Of a DNA stretch of 64,000 nt, positions 1 to 10,047 are shown piece after piece (within the stretch, counting starts at the first letter, position 1; each line of letters opens with the position of its first letter). Source of the stretch: Nitrospira sp. (GTDB taxonomy: Bacteria; Nitrospirota; Nitrospiria; Nitrospirales; Nitrospiraceae). Where the stretch lies: contig AP038806.1 in assembly GCA_047150005.1 (NCBI GenBank), forward strand, positions 480,001 through 544,000, read 5' to 3'. The notes under the pieces were generated by a model. That model did not search any database and was not told the DNA's origin. It saw only the letters and a program-made list of their open reading frames with translations. The translations under genes were made by a program, and so were the position numbers.

Positions 1-677
1 AGGTCCGGTGGCCCTTCATCGGATCGATGCGTCCGATCAAGCCGATCGGCGGAACGTTATCTTCTATGCCATGGCTGAGACGGAACCGGCGGCCGGCCGC
101 GGCATCCGGCTTGAACCGTTCCGTATCGATGCCGTTCGGGATGCACAGCATCTTCTCCGCAGGAAAACCCTGCGCCACGGCATACTCCAGCTCGCTCTCG
201 GAATTCACGATGACAAGATCGCAGAACCGGGAGAGTCGCGACTCGAGCCGATAGAGCACCCGATAGAGCACCCGATCGAGCCATCCGTAGCGCCCCAAGT
301 CCATGTTGCTCGCACGCCCCCCCCCACACGACTGTCAGGGACGGGACCGCCATCTTGGCCAGCAGCGCCAGAATGTTGCCTGTACCGAGATATCCGTGTA
401 CCACGGCGGGACGAATTCGGCGGACCAGCCTCACCAGTCGGGTGAGGCACGGCAGCAGGTTCCACCGCGTCTGTTTATCGAGCGAAAACACAGGCGTGGC
501 GGTCCGTTCGAGCTCGGCGTGCCAAGGACCGCCCTCGTAAAGAATCGCCACCGCGACGGAGACGTTCCGTTTCGCCAGGCTCCTCACCAACTCGACGAGT
601 TGGCGCTGACTGCCGCCGCAATTGAGCGACCTGGTGAGGAAGAGCCACCGCACCGGTCGCTCTGCGGTCTTCCTCAT
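1..677 (-). pseudogene. GT4 glycosyltransferase, frameshifted at a G9 run (317-325); 3' end runs off the window
   Basis: GT4 N-terminus (LFLTRSLNCGGSQRQL; VVHGYL). Removing one G restores WGGRASNMD...VIVNS...IPNGIDTERF...IGRIDPMKGH through to position 1. Confidence 0.8.
248..276. repeat. 12-bp tandem repeat (CCGATAGAGCAC x2.4), in frame in the restored GT4 (RVLY-RVLY)
   Basis: Read directly from the sequence. Confidence 0.85.
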
Positions 678-707
678 GCGCTCGCTCGGATCGCCGATCC
701 GCCGGCG

Positions 708-2564
708 CTAGACCGCCGAAAGGACTCGATCTCGACTTTTGCGAAGCCATAATTCCAGAATGAGCAGAGGCCAGACCCGGTAGATGGAAAAACAACCGGG
801 GACCCGTTGCCGTTCGACCAATCGACGCAAGGCCGTTCGATCCGTGTGCCGGCCGAGCTGACCCGACGGCGACAGGATGAGGTCGTCAGCCAGGCTCAAC
901 ATTTCGTCCCGGGACCAGGCGCTCGCGGGCAGGCCGAATCCCATCTTCTTTCTCATCACCCAGGGCTCGGGCACGTAGCGCGCGGCCAGCCGCTTCAGAA
1001 TCCGCTTGGTCTCCTGAGGCGCACGCCAGCAATCTGCAGCCGACAACGATTGGGCGAACTGCGCCACCTGGCGGTCGAGCAGCGGGCACCGCACTTCCAA
1101 CGATACCTGCATGCTCATCCGATCGACCTTTCCCAAGACGGCTCCGGGCAAATAGGTCGCCACGTCGAGATTGCGCATCCGATGGATCAAGGGCCGCGCC
1201 GGGTCATTCAATTGGTCTCGCCAAGCTTGGATCCGTTGCCAGAGCAGCGGCGAGAGTCCGCCGAGCAGATCAGCCACTTCCTCCGGCTGAAACATCAGCC
1301 ACCGGGGCGACAGATAAGCATCGGCCGGTTTGCTCCAGCGCCGCGCCCGGACGCTCCACCGGAGGCGGCCGAGCCAGTCCGCGGCGTCCAGCAACGTGTC
1401 GCGATACCGCCCATAGCCGCCGAACATTTCGTCGCCGCCGTCCCCGGACACGGCGACCGTGACGAACTGCCTCGTGTAGCGGCACAGAAGATAGGTCGGC
1501 AGACAGCTCGTATCGCCGTTCGGCTCGTCCAGCATCGAGGCGACATCCTCCACCAGCGCGACTGCATCGGGACTCACGAGCTGCTCGTGATGATCGGTTC
1601 CAAGATGGGCCGCAACCTGTCTGGCAAAGACATGTTCCGTATCCTCGGTGCCTTCGAAGCCGATGGAGAAGGTCTGGATCGGGCGTCCGAGTTCCCGCGT
1701 GATCATCGCGACGACCAGCGAGGAATCGACGCCTCCGGACAGAAACGCGCCCAGTGGCACATCGCTGATCAAACGTTTGTCCACCGCGTCCAGCACCAGA
1801 CGCCGCAAGACGGCTTCCCGGCTTTCGGCCGCCCTTGGCAGCAAGCTCGGCGCGTCGCGCGCGTCGAATGCCGCATAGGGCTGCACGAGAGGGTCGGCGG
1901 GGGATCGGCCTGAAAAATCCGCCGACAGATAGGAGCCGGGCGGCAGTTTCCTGGCGCTCCGGAAGATGGTCCAGGGCGCGGGGATATATTGCAGGAGCAG
2001 ATATAACGCCAGGGCATCCTCATCGATGTCGTCGTCGAATCCCGGCACGCAGCGCAGCGCCTGCAGTTCCGACGCGAACGCAAACCAGCCGGCTCCCGCC
2101 GCGTAGTACAGCGGTTTCTTTCCGAACGGATCCCGGGCCAACAAAAGCCGGCGCTGCGCGCGGTGCCAGCAACCGAAGGCAAACATCCCGTCGAGCTCGG
2201 CGAGCCGCCGCGGATCCAAGCCTTCGAACAGATGGGGCAGCACCTCCGTGTCGGTCCTGGAATGAAACCGGCGGCCCTGGCGCTCGAGCGATGCGCGGAT
2301 GGATTGATAGTTGTAGATTTCTCCGTTGAACGTGACGACCACCGAACCGTCCGGGTCGGACATCGGCTGCCGGCCCTCCACGGTCAAGTCCAGGATCGAA
2401 AGCCGCCGGTGCGCCAGAGCGCAGGACCCGTCCGTCTCGATCCAGAGACCGGCATCGTCCGGGCCCCGATGCACCATCGTCTCCCGCATCGCGGTGACGA
2501 TCTCCCGCAGCCGATGCGGTCCGAATCCCGCTCCGTGATCAATCAAGCCGGCTATGCCGCACAT
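708..2564 (-). CDS. asnB: Asparagine synthase (glutamine-hydrolysing)-type amidotransferase, probably glycan amidation
   Basis: MCGIAG N-terminus, HRGPD, FNGEIYN, LSGGVDSS, SGDGGDE, DRMSM motifs. Confidence 0.95.
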   Translation of the reverse strand: MCGIAGLIDHGAGFGPHRLREIVTAMRETMVHRGPDDAGLWIETDGSCALAHRRLSILDLTVEGRQPMSDPDGSVVVTFNGEIYNYQSIRASLERQGRRFHSRTDTEVLPHLFEGLDPRRLAELDGMFAFGCWHRAQRRLLLARDPFGKKPLYYAAGAGWFAFASELQALRCVPGFDDDIDEDALALYLLLQYIPAPWTIFRSARKLPPGSYLSADFSGRSPADPLVQPYAAFDARDAPSLLPRAAESREAVLRRLVLDAVDKRLISDVPLGAFLSGGVDSSLVVAMITRELGRPIQTFSIGFEGTEDTEHVFARQVAAHLGTDHHEQLVSPDAVALVEDVASMLDEPNGDTSCLPTYLLCRYTRQFVTVAVSGDGGDEMFGGYGRYRDTLLDAADWLGRLRWSVRARRWSKPADAYLSPRWLMFQPEEVADLLGGLSPLLWQRIQAWRDQLNDPARPLIHRMRNLDVATYLPGAVLGKVDRMSMQVSLEVRCPLLDRQVAQFAQSLSAADCWRAPQETKRILKRLAARYVPEPWVMRKKMGFGLPASAWSRDEMLSLADDLILSPSGQLGRHTDRTALRRLVERQRVPGCFSIYRVWPLLILELWLRKSRDRVLSAV

Positions 2565-2603
2565 GAGACGTCTCCATCTGTCATAAATGTGCTCTCCCCG
2601 GAG

Positions 2604-4412
2604 CTATTGCCGGCGAAAGAGGGCGCGCCAGCATCGCACGGCCAACCGCAGGAGCCTCGGGTACCGGCCCAGGCGCAAGGCCACGCGGTACTCAAGACTC
2701 TGTTCGATCCCCTCGATGACCCGCTCCTGTTCGGTGATCCGCCGTTGATACTCGGCCGTCTCCTGCCGATGTTGCGCGATCTCGCGCTCCTGTTCCTGCA
2801 CCAGGGCACTCGACCGGGCCAGCATCCCCTCCAGCACGCGCACCGACGCCTCGCTTTGCCTGGTCAGCTCCCGGCAATCGCCGATCGTCTGTTCCTGTTC
2901 CAGCAAGCGGCGATCTTTCTCCGCGATCCATTGCTGCGCCGCATGGGATTCCTTCAACGCATGCCGGAGCGCAACGTCGCTGAACAGTCCCTGGAGCGCA
3001 AGGTCCTCAACGCGCCGCTCCTTTTCGACCAGCACGGCCTCCACCGCCTCGTCGCACCAGGGCCGCGGCGAGGCGTCGCGGCGGACCAGATAGATATTCG
3101 CCAATTCCGTCGAGTGCACGTCGTAGATCGGTGCGAGAGAATTCGCGAACCGCAGCGGCTCGAAACTCGGACGGACGACGTCGTGAAAGCGATAGCCGTG
3201 CTTCCAGAACTCGCGCACCCAGTTTTCGATCGGTAACGCGCCGTCTCCCGCGACCCCCGCTTCTCCCGGCGGGGTCGAACAGAACAGGACCGTGTCGCTG
3301 CAAGCCGCGCAGGATGCGACCAGATCCCGGCAAGACGTCCCGCGCAGATCGTGCTCGTCCGTGATAAGGAGACAGAGATCCACGCGGGCATCCGGACGAT
3401 AGGCCGAACGGTGATCGAACGCCTGCCAACGAAGCGGCCCGGCATTCGGTTGAATCGGCGGAGCTTCGGTGCCGACGCTCATCAGCTGCTCGACTCCGCA
3501 GCGGCTGAACTGCGCCAGCAGCCCGCCGTTGTCGGAGCCGAGACAGAGGACGCTGGCTGGCCGGCAGAGATTGTAGACGACGGCTGCGAGTTGCTCGACG
3601 AATCCCGGCTGCCCGAACAGTCCGGAGCCGACCGGCTGTTCGGTGGGCGCCGGAACGGATTCGCCCGAACGATCGGTCGCCTGTTCGATCACGCCGATCG
3701 CCTCGTAGAGGTCTGCATAGCGTCCGTGCCGGAACGTCAGGCCCGGCGTCTCGGCCAGAAACTGATAGACGGCCCGCCGCACGTTCGATCCCCAGCAGCC
3801 GATCACATCGTGCAGAACGATCCGGCCGCCGGGACGCAGATGAGGCCTCGCTAGACGCAGATCTTCGAGGACCGCGTCGCTGTAGTGCAGGCCGTCGATG
3901 AAGATAAGGTCGAACGGCCCGTACGACCGGCAGACATCCGGTCCGACGACCGGCGTCGTATGGGCCGGATCGGTCTTCGTCGAGGCAAAGGTCGCCGGCG
4001 TGGAAAACCCCCCGGCGTGAAACACGATTTTATGCGCCAACCCCAACCGCTCGGCCGCTTGGCGCGCGAGCGTTTGGGAGCGCACCGTCAGATCGGCTTC
4101 GCGACTGTTCGTCTGCATCGCCTGCAGTTCCACCTGCAGAGGAAAGTTGGGATCCACGGTGTGGATCACGGCACCCTCCCCTGTCTTGAACGCCATGGCC
4201 AGCGCCGACAACCCCACGAACGTCCCCACTTCGAGGAGACGCTGCGGAGCCGCCTCCTCGATCTCCGCCAGGAGTTGCCGGAGGTCGCGCCCTGGGAGCA
4301 CCCAATGGCTGACCAGCTCCCGCTGGTAGCCCAGGTCGCCATAGGTCGTCAGGAGCTGTTCGTACAGCTCGCCGAGTTCGATTGGCCTTCGCAGTTGGTT
4401 CATCAGGTCCAT
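2604..4412 (-). CDS. Class I SAM methyltransferase with a second MT-like domain and a C-terminal coiled coil (WbdD-like chain terminator candidate)
   Basis: LLEVGTFVGLS and FDLIFIDGLH motifs (Methyltransf_24-like); E/Q-rich heptads; basic amphipathic C-terminus. Confidence 0.75.
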   Translation of the reverse strand: MDLMNQLRRPIELGELYEQLLTTYGDLGYQRELVSHWVLPGRDLRQLLAEIEEAAPQRLLEVGTFVGLSALAMAFKTGEGAVIHTVDPNFPLQVELQAMQTNSREADLTVRSQTLARQAAERLGLAHKIVFHAGGFSTPATFASTKTDPAHTTPVVGPDVCRSYGPFDLIFIDGLHYSDAVLEDLRLARPHLRPGGRIVLHDVIGCWGSNVRRAVYQFLAETPGLTFRHGRYADLYEAIGVIEQATDRSGESVPAPTEQPVGSGLFGQPGFVEQLAAVVYNLCRPASVLCLGSDNGGLLAQFSRCGVEQLMSVGTEAPPIQPNAGPLRWQAFDHRSAYRPDARVDLCLLITDEHDLRGTSCRDLVASCAACSDTVLFCSTPPGEAGVAGDGALPIENWVREFWKHGYRFHDVVRPSFEPLRFANSLAPIYDVHSTELANIYLVRRDASPRPWCDEAVEAVLVEKERRVEDLALQGLFSDVALRHALKESHAAQQWIAEKDRRLLEQEQTIGDCRELTRQSEASVRVLEGMLARSSALVQEQEREIAQHRQETAEYQRRITEQERVIEGIEQSLEYRVALRLGRYPRLLRLAVRCWRALFRRQ

Positions 4413-5398
4413 TGCAGGGGAGTACTCCGCGACCCGTCCGGCGCGGAAGCCGCACCGTGAGAGCCGTCAGGGCTCTGTTCTTCCTCTTGTCTTCTGAGAA
4501 AGATCCGACCGCCCACGACCCGCAATTCCTCGACCGAGAGGGACGCATATCGTGGTAATAGGCTCGGGCGGACGGCCTCGACGTAGGCGCCGTCGGCAAA
4601 ACAGTTGGGCTCGAAGCGGATCACGTCGAATCCCGCTTCCCCGAATGCCGCGCGGAACTCCGAGGGCCGGACGCGGTTCCCGCCACCTCCCTGTCCGTCG
4701 ACGAACGTGCGCGCGTACTTGTCGTCCGGCACGGCCAGAAAATCCAACGGACGCCGTTCGTTCGAATGATCGCGAAAATCGATCTGGTGAATGCCGACGC
4801 CGCCCGGACGGGTGACGCGCCACAACTCGACGCAGAGGTTCGGCACGTCCGCGACGTGCTCCAGCGCCGCATTGGAGACGATCGCGTCGAAGGAACCGCT
4901 CGCGAAGTCGATCAGGCCGGAGCCGAGATCTCCGCGCCCGGTTTCGATCACGTCGGTCGGATGCCGGCCTTCCTCGATGACCCGGTCGAGCACACGCAGG
5001 TCGAACTGCCGCTCGGCCGCCGCGAACTCTGTCCGCAGCAATCGGTAGAAGCGTGGATGGTAGGCCTCGTGCCATTCCACGAGATACTTGTCGAAGACGG
5101 CCACCCGAGCGCCCAACATGGCACAGACCAGGCCGGCACCGAAGTTGATGCCCGGTCCCAACTCAAGGACCGACAGCGACGAAAGATCCGGCGCCGGTCC
5201 GTCCGGCCTCCCCAGCTCGCGGGCGATGTTCTCGGCATATTCCCTGCCGCAGGCCACAGCGAACGACACCTCGTGCCTCAACTGGGCCTCGCTGTCCGTC
5301 CGCTTTGCATAGTATTCGTGGATACGCTCCCGCGGGACTGTGCCTCCGCGGAAGCGCCGATACACACGTGAGGGAATGGCCAACCAGGACGAGAGCAT
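4403..5398 (-). CDS. Class I SAM-dependent methyltransferase (type 11-like)
   Basis: VLELGPG, FDAIVSNAALEHV, HQIDFRDH motifs. Confidence 0.85.
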   Translation of the reverse strand: MLSSWLAIPSRVYRRFRGGTVPRERIHEYYAKRTDSEAQLRHEVSFAVACGREYAENIARELGRPDGPAPDLSSLSVLELGPGINFGAGLVCAMLGARVAVFDKYLVEWHEAYHPRFYRLLRTEFAAAERQFDLRVLDRVIEEGRHPTDVIETGRGDLGSGLIDFASGSFDAIVSNAALEHVADVPNLCVELWRVTRPGGVGIHQIDFRDHSNERRPLDFLAVPDDKYARTFVDGQGGGGNRVRPSEFRAAFGEAGFDVIRFEPNCFADGAYVEAVRPSLLPRYASLSVEELRVVGGRIFLRRQEEEQSPDGSHGAASAPDGSRSTPLQWT

Positions 5399-5401
5399 GG
5401 G

Positions 5402-6772
5402 TCACCCGTCCCGCCGGTGAAATCGTTGAAGGTCGGCGCGTCCGCGCAGATGCGCCTCGAGCATGCGCGCCCAAATGCCGTGTGCGATTTCGTTCGGATG
5501 ACCTTCCCACCGGCTCACGGCCAGATTCTCCCCGTCGTACCGCCGATAGTACGGGTCCGTGTCGATAACAGTCATGCCGGCCGCCGCGAGGTGGCGCTCG
5601 GCCGCCAGCGTGATGGAACGACCGCGCGAATTCGCCAGAGGAAACTGATCGAGCACCATCGTCACGACCGGAGGCAACCCCTGCGACAAGACGTAGGCAT
5701 TCATGGCCGACACGTCCGCCGCAAACCGCCCCTGATAGTTCCGAAAATCCTTGAGAATGTCGTCGAAGAAATCCGCCCGATACCCCATCCGCATGAGCGC
5801 CGCGTTGTATCCGTCGCTCATGAGGCGGATCAGGCGACTGCGCGAAGCCAACTCCCGCTTGAACCAATCGGGCAACGGCAGGGCCAAGGCGTCGTTGACC
5901 GCGTATTGCCCGACCCCTGCCGGGAGAAAATCGTTGTGACAGACCCCGTAGATCACGAGATCCGGCCGCAGGCGAGGCGCGAACTCGAGCACCCGATTCC
6001 GCACGTCCTCGCTCTGCATCCCGTCGGATCCGAGGTTGAGCACCTCAACCGCATAGTCCTGTTCCAGCAGCTGCTGCAACAGAGCGGAATAGGTGTGCCG
6101 CGCCTCGACACCGTCGCCGTACGTGAGGCTGTCTCCCACGATCGCGATGCGGAAGCGGTTCGGCAGTTTGGCCTCAAACTCAGACGTCCGGCGCATGCCG
6201 TTGGCGTCATAAACGTGCAGCACTCCATGCCACACCGCGGCTCTCGCCGCCCCTTCAACCGTGGTCTGACGCCGCTCCCATTCCTGCGGCATCGTCATCA
6301 CCGACTGGCGGTGACGGGCCTGATCCACGAGCTCCGCCGACACGGGAATCGCGGCGGCCGCGAGCAGTCCTTTGAGCCGTGAATCATCGGACACCGGTTC
6401 TTCGGTCCGGGCGTGCTTCGCGTCTTGCGAAGTCGACACAGCGATGGCGTTCGACTGCTCGTGCCAGCCAAGGAACGCTTCCCCAGCCGTCAGAGCCAGC
6501 GCGACCGACAGCACCACCAATATCCATTCGACGGCCCGCGGGGATTGCGACTGGAATCCGGCCAGCCGGCGGACCGCGCGAGTCGTGACGTGACCGGCCC
6601 AGCAGAGCGCCGCCACAACGCAGCCGAGAGCCGCCCAGAACATCGGGCCTCGGGCGGTCAGAAGCCATAGCCCCGCGGCAGCCGGCGCCGCGAGGGCTGC
6701 AAGCGACGTCAAGACGTCGGCTCCGGCCATCCGGTCGTCCGGCCTCACAGCCCTGTACCCGGTCCGCATCAT
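5402..6772 (-). CDS. Membrane-anchored SGNH/GDSL hydrolase-family protein
   Basis: Three N-terminal hydrophobic segments; IVGDSLTYG, HND and GHPN motifs; ATGA overlap with the upstream stop. Confidence 0.8.
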   Translation of the reverse strand: MMRTGYRAVRPDDRMAGADVLTSLAALAAPAAAGLWLLTARGPMFWAALGCVVAALCWAGHVTTRAVRRLAGFQSQSPRAVEWILVVLSVALALTAGEAFLGWHEQSNAIAVSTSQDAKHARTEEPVSDDSRLKGLLAAAAIPVSAELVDQARHRQSVMTMPQEWERRQTTVEGAARAAVWHGVLHVYDANGMRRTSEFEAKLPNRFRIAIVGDSLTYGDGVEARHTYSALLQQLLEQDYAVEVLNLGSDGMQSEDVRNRVLEFAPRLRPDLVIYGVCHNDFLPAGVGQYAVNDALALPLPDWFKRELASRSRLIRLMSDGYNAALMRMGYRADFFDDILKDFRNYQGRFAADVSAMNAYVLSQGLPPVVTMVLDQFPLANSRGRSITLAAERHLAAAGMTVIDTDPYYRRYDGENLAVSRWEGHPNEIAHGIWARMLEAHLRGRADLQRFHRRDG

Positions 6773-7728
6773 CTCTGTTTCCGTCCCCACATGTGATAGG
6801 CGCACTTGTGCGGCTCGTCCCGATTGAGCATCACGACGTCCGTGAAGCCTTCGGCCAGATACCACTCACGGATCACGTCCTCTTCGATGGTCCAATTGAA
6901 GAAGGTATTGAGCATGTCGAACAGATTGATCGCATTCTCCGGCCGATCGGCGATTTCGTACGCGTATCGCAGTCGCTCCTCCATGGTCGCCAGCTGCCGG
7001 TGATAGTGCCGGCGGCTTTCGAGCACGAACGGAGAGTTGTGGTAGGTCGGGGCATAGACCATCGCGTAGAGCTCCCCGCCCGGCCGGACGGTCCGCGCCA
7101 CGTTCGTGAACGCCAGCTTGGGGTCGTGCGTGCACATCATGACGCCCCAGCAGAGCGTGAAGTCGAAAGCGCCGTGCAGATCCGGCCGTCGCTCCAGGAT
7201 GTCGAACAGGTTCAGCGACTCGACGTCCTCGTTGAAGCGGCGCGTCGACCGAATGGCGTGCCGAGACACGTCCGCAGATTTCACCGTGGCGCCGAGGGCC
7301 AGCAACGCGCGGGTCCAGCGACCGGCGCCGCAACCGATGTCCAAACAACGTTTGCCGTGAAAATGATCGACGGCGAATTTCGGATGCAGATAGAGGCGCC
7401 CGCCGATTGCGCGCCGCTGCTCTTCCCGCCGTCTCCGGCCGAGCCGGCGCACCACTGGAAGCCACAGGCCGTACCGGCGGCGGCCCAGCAGGTCCTTCAC
7501 CCCGGTCAATTCGAAGATGCGGTCGTCGACGTAGGGATCGCTCGTCTCCACACCCGTGTGACGGCAGAACCCGACGCGCCGCTCCAGGAACAACCGCCAC
7601 TGGTCGTCGAACTGGTCGCCGTATTCGACCGGTTGGTACTGGCCGCAGTATTCGTCGCGCCAGACGATACGATGGTGATCGAAATGCGGATTGGCGGGCC
7701 GGATCTGCGCCGCGGACACGGTGATCAT
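6769..7728 (-). CDS. Class I SAM-dependent methyltransferase
   Basis: CLDIGCGAGRW and FDFTLCWGV motifs; start overlaps the upstream stop. Confidence 0.85.
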   Translation of the reverse strand: MITVSAAQIRPANPHFDHHRIVWRDEYCGQYQPVEYGDQFDDQWRLFLERRVGFCRHTGVETSDPYVDDRIFELTGVKDLLGRRRYGLWLPVVRRLGRRRREEQRRAIGGRLYLHPKFAVDHFHGKRCLDIGCGAGRWTRALLALGATVKSADVSRHAIRSTRRFNEDVESLNLFDILERRPDLHGAFDFTLCWGVMMCTHDPKLAFTNVARTVRPGGELYAMVYAPTYHNSPFVLESRRHYHRQLATMEERLRYAYEIADRPENAINLFDMLNTFFNWTIEEDVIREWYLAEGFTDVVMLNRDEPHKCAYHMWGRKQR

Positions 7729-9341
7729 GCGACCCCCCGACGGGAAGGAGGCGGGAGCAGCCGTTGACGCTCCAGAAATCGAAAGACCTCCTCGGCCATC
7801 TTCGCGCTGCCTCGCTCGTTGAAATGACAATTGTCGAAGGTATCTTCCCGGGCGAACGTGCCGGGCTCCGTCAAGACCCGCAGGAACGGCGCCTGGAATT
7901 CCTCCGCGACCGCGCGATTGACCTCGTTGTGCTCCCGCACGCCCCGCGCAAAGACGTCGTCTCCTTCCTTCACCGCGATGAAATGCTGCGGCAGCACGAC
8001 CACGCGCCGTTTCTCGTCTTGCAGCAGATGAATGAGGTTACGCAGGTGGCCCCGGTAGATGTCCGGGTGGTTACGATCTAAGGCGGCGGACCATTCAACG
8101 GGCGACGGCCTGGGCGGGCTCACGACGCCGCCGATGCCGGTATGGCGGATGTGCACGATGTGGCGCGTGAGGAAGTAATAGCGATAGGGAGACAGCGGCG
8201 CCAGCACCGGATTCGGACGCGGCAGCACGGAGCCTTCGCTCCGCCACGGAATGCGGTAGTTCGAATAGTCCGGCGTCAGCACACCGAACAAGCGGGCGTC
8301 GACATCGTTGATCCCTTCGTAGAGCAACACCAGATCCGGCCGCAGATCGTTGAGCAGAATGAGATAGTGCAGGGAATTTTCCAGCACGGTGTAGCCTCCG
8401 ACACCGCCGTTGATGACCTCGCAGGTCTCTCCGCAACGAGACCGCACCCGCTGCTCGAGCTGATACACCCAGGTGTCCTCTTCTCTCCGGATGAGCTCAC
8501 CGAACGTCGTGCTCCCGCCCAGCACCAGCGTCCGCCATCGCACCAGGTCGCGGGACCGAATCGGCTCGCCACGGCGGATCCGGTAGGCGGCGTTGAACTG
8601 CTTCCCGTCCCCGTATGGCATCTGAGGGTTCAAGACATAATTCAAATATTGATGCTCGGCGAAATTCACCGACTCGCCCGGCGCAAACTCCATGGCGCCG
8701 CCTTCATGGAACACATAACGGAACCACTCGGCCGTTTTCCGGCCCTGCTCCGCGAGCGCCCGTTCCGTCAGCACCCAGAACAAGGCCTGAATCAGCAGGA
8801 CCGTGGCGGCCGACAGGGCGAACGTCCGCAAGCCGATATGCAGCCTGGTTCTCCGATCGAACCGCCGGCCGCCGACCCGGTCGACCGCGAACGCGACCAT
8901 CAGAAAATCCAGCAGCAACAGCGCGATATAGAGGAGAACCGGCAGCGTCGTGCCGTAGCGCAGCACATAGGTCCTGCCGTTCACGTTAGGATCGCTGTTG
9001 TCGGAGGCGGAGAAATACAGCCGATCGCCCCAATGCGAGAATCCTCCGCCGCCCCGGCTGCGGATGACGTCGTGCGTCGTATGGGGGATTCCCGGTTCGG
9101 TGCCCTGTTCGTACAGCTCCACGCGCGAGTTCTCCGCCTCCGCCCCGTCGGAAGGCAAGGCCACCGGCATGTCGGCGACGAACGCGTGGCCCGCATCGTG
9201 GAGGTAGGGCCCGGAGAGTCGGAGCTCGTGCGACACCATCCGGTCCGGCGGCCAATAGAGCCACAGCACCACGTTCGCCGCCGCCAGGCATGCCAGCGGG
9301 ACCGCGGCCCATCGTCCAAGTCCGGACGTCTCAGTCGCCAT
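7725..9341 (-). CDS. SGNH/GDSL membrane protein carrying one copy of the recurring ~80-aa module
   Basis: TM - module - 2 TM - SGNH layout (LGGSTTFG, GVGGY, GIND, DNCH). Confidence 0.8.
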   Translation of the reverse strand: MATETSGLGRWAAVPLACLAAANVVLWLYWPPDRMVSHELRLSGPYLHDAGHAFVADMPVALPSDGAEAENSRVELYEQGTEPGIPHTTHDVIRSRGGGGFSHWGDRLYFSASDNSDPNVNGRTYVLRYGTTLPVLLYIALLLLDFLMVAFAVDRVGGRRFDRRTRLHIGLRTFALSAATVLLIQALFWVLTERALAEQGRKTAEWFRYVFHEGGAMEFAPGESVNFAEHQYLNYVLNPQMPYGDGKQFNAAYRIRRGEPIRSRDLVRWRTLVLGGSTTFGELIRREEDTWVYQLEQRVRSRCGETCEVINGGVGGYTVLENSLHYLILLNDLRPDLVLLYEGINDVDARLFGVLTPDYSNYRIPWRSEGSVLPRPNPVLAPLSPYRYYFLTRHIVHIRHTGIGGVVSPPRPSPVEWSAALDRNHPDIYRGHLRNLIHLLQDEKRRVVVLPQHFIAVKEGDDVFARGVREHNEVNRAVAEEFQAPFLRVLTEPGTFAREDTFDNCHFNERGSAKMAEEVFRFLERQRLLPPPSRRGVA

Positions 9342-10038
9342 TGTGCACCTGATACGGCGAAACGAATGGTGCGTCCTTCTCCTTGCGCAGGGCGACCACG
9401 TACATCATGTTCGCCGGCAGTTCTGAGCGGGCCAGCAACTCGTGGATCGGCTTCGCCAGGCTGGTCGGCTCGCCGGCCCGGCGTGTGATGAATACCTGCG
9501 GCCGAGACGGTCCGTCCGGGAAGACGTCTTTGAGCGCGTAATACCCCTCCGCCAGCAGCTCGTAGTGATTGGCCTCGATCATCGAGTGAAACAAGAGGGG
9601 ATTGAAGTTGAAGAACCCATGCTCGTACCAAGTGAGCGGAGCCATGTGAATGAGCGTGCCGCCGGTTCTTGTCAGCCGATGCAGATTTTCCATCGCCTGC
9701 CTGACGTCGAACACGTGCTCCAGCGTCCCTCCGTTGAGAACGGTGCCGAAACACCCGACGAGGTCGGCCGGGACCGGGCGATTGAGGTCGAGCGACAGGC
9801 TGGCGCGGCCGTTGAGATCGCAGTCCCGATAGTCGCGAATGTTGTACCGGTCGCGGAATAAGGCCCGCACGGAGCCTTCCTTTTCCAAGGAGCCGTATCC
9901 GTACAGACGCGCGAACCGTCCGATCTGTTCGACCGGCTCCCTGATCGTCAGTGAACCGAGTCCGAGCACGGGGTTCTGGATGCCGCCTAATTCGGCACAG
10001 AGATCGAGAAACTCGGCTTGGGCGAAATCAATTCCCAT
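9331..10038 (-). CDS. Methyltransferase-like protein
   Basis: LDLN, NGGTLEHVFD, HGFFNFNP motifs, typical of MT-like proteins in polysaccharide clusters. Confidence 0.7.
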   Translation of the reverse strand: MGIDFAQAEFLDLCAELGGIQNPVLGLGSLTIREPVEQIGRFARLYGYGSLEKEGSVRALFRDRYNIRDYRDCDLNGRASLSLDLNRPVPADLVGCFGTVLNGGTLEHVFDVRQAMENLHRLTRTGGTLIHMAPLTWYEHGFFNFNPLLFHSMIEANHYELLAEGYYALKDVFPDGPSRPQVFITRRAGEPTSLAKPIHELLARSELPANMMYVVALRKEKDAPFVSPYQVHNGD

Positions 10039-10047
10039 GATGCAGCC

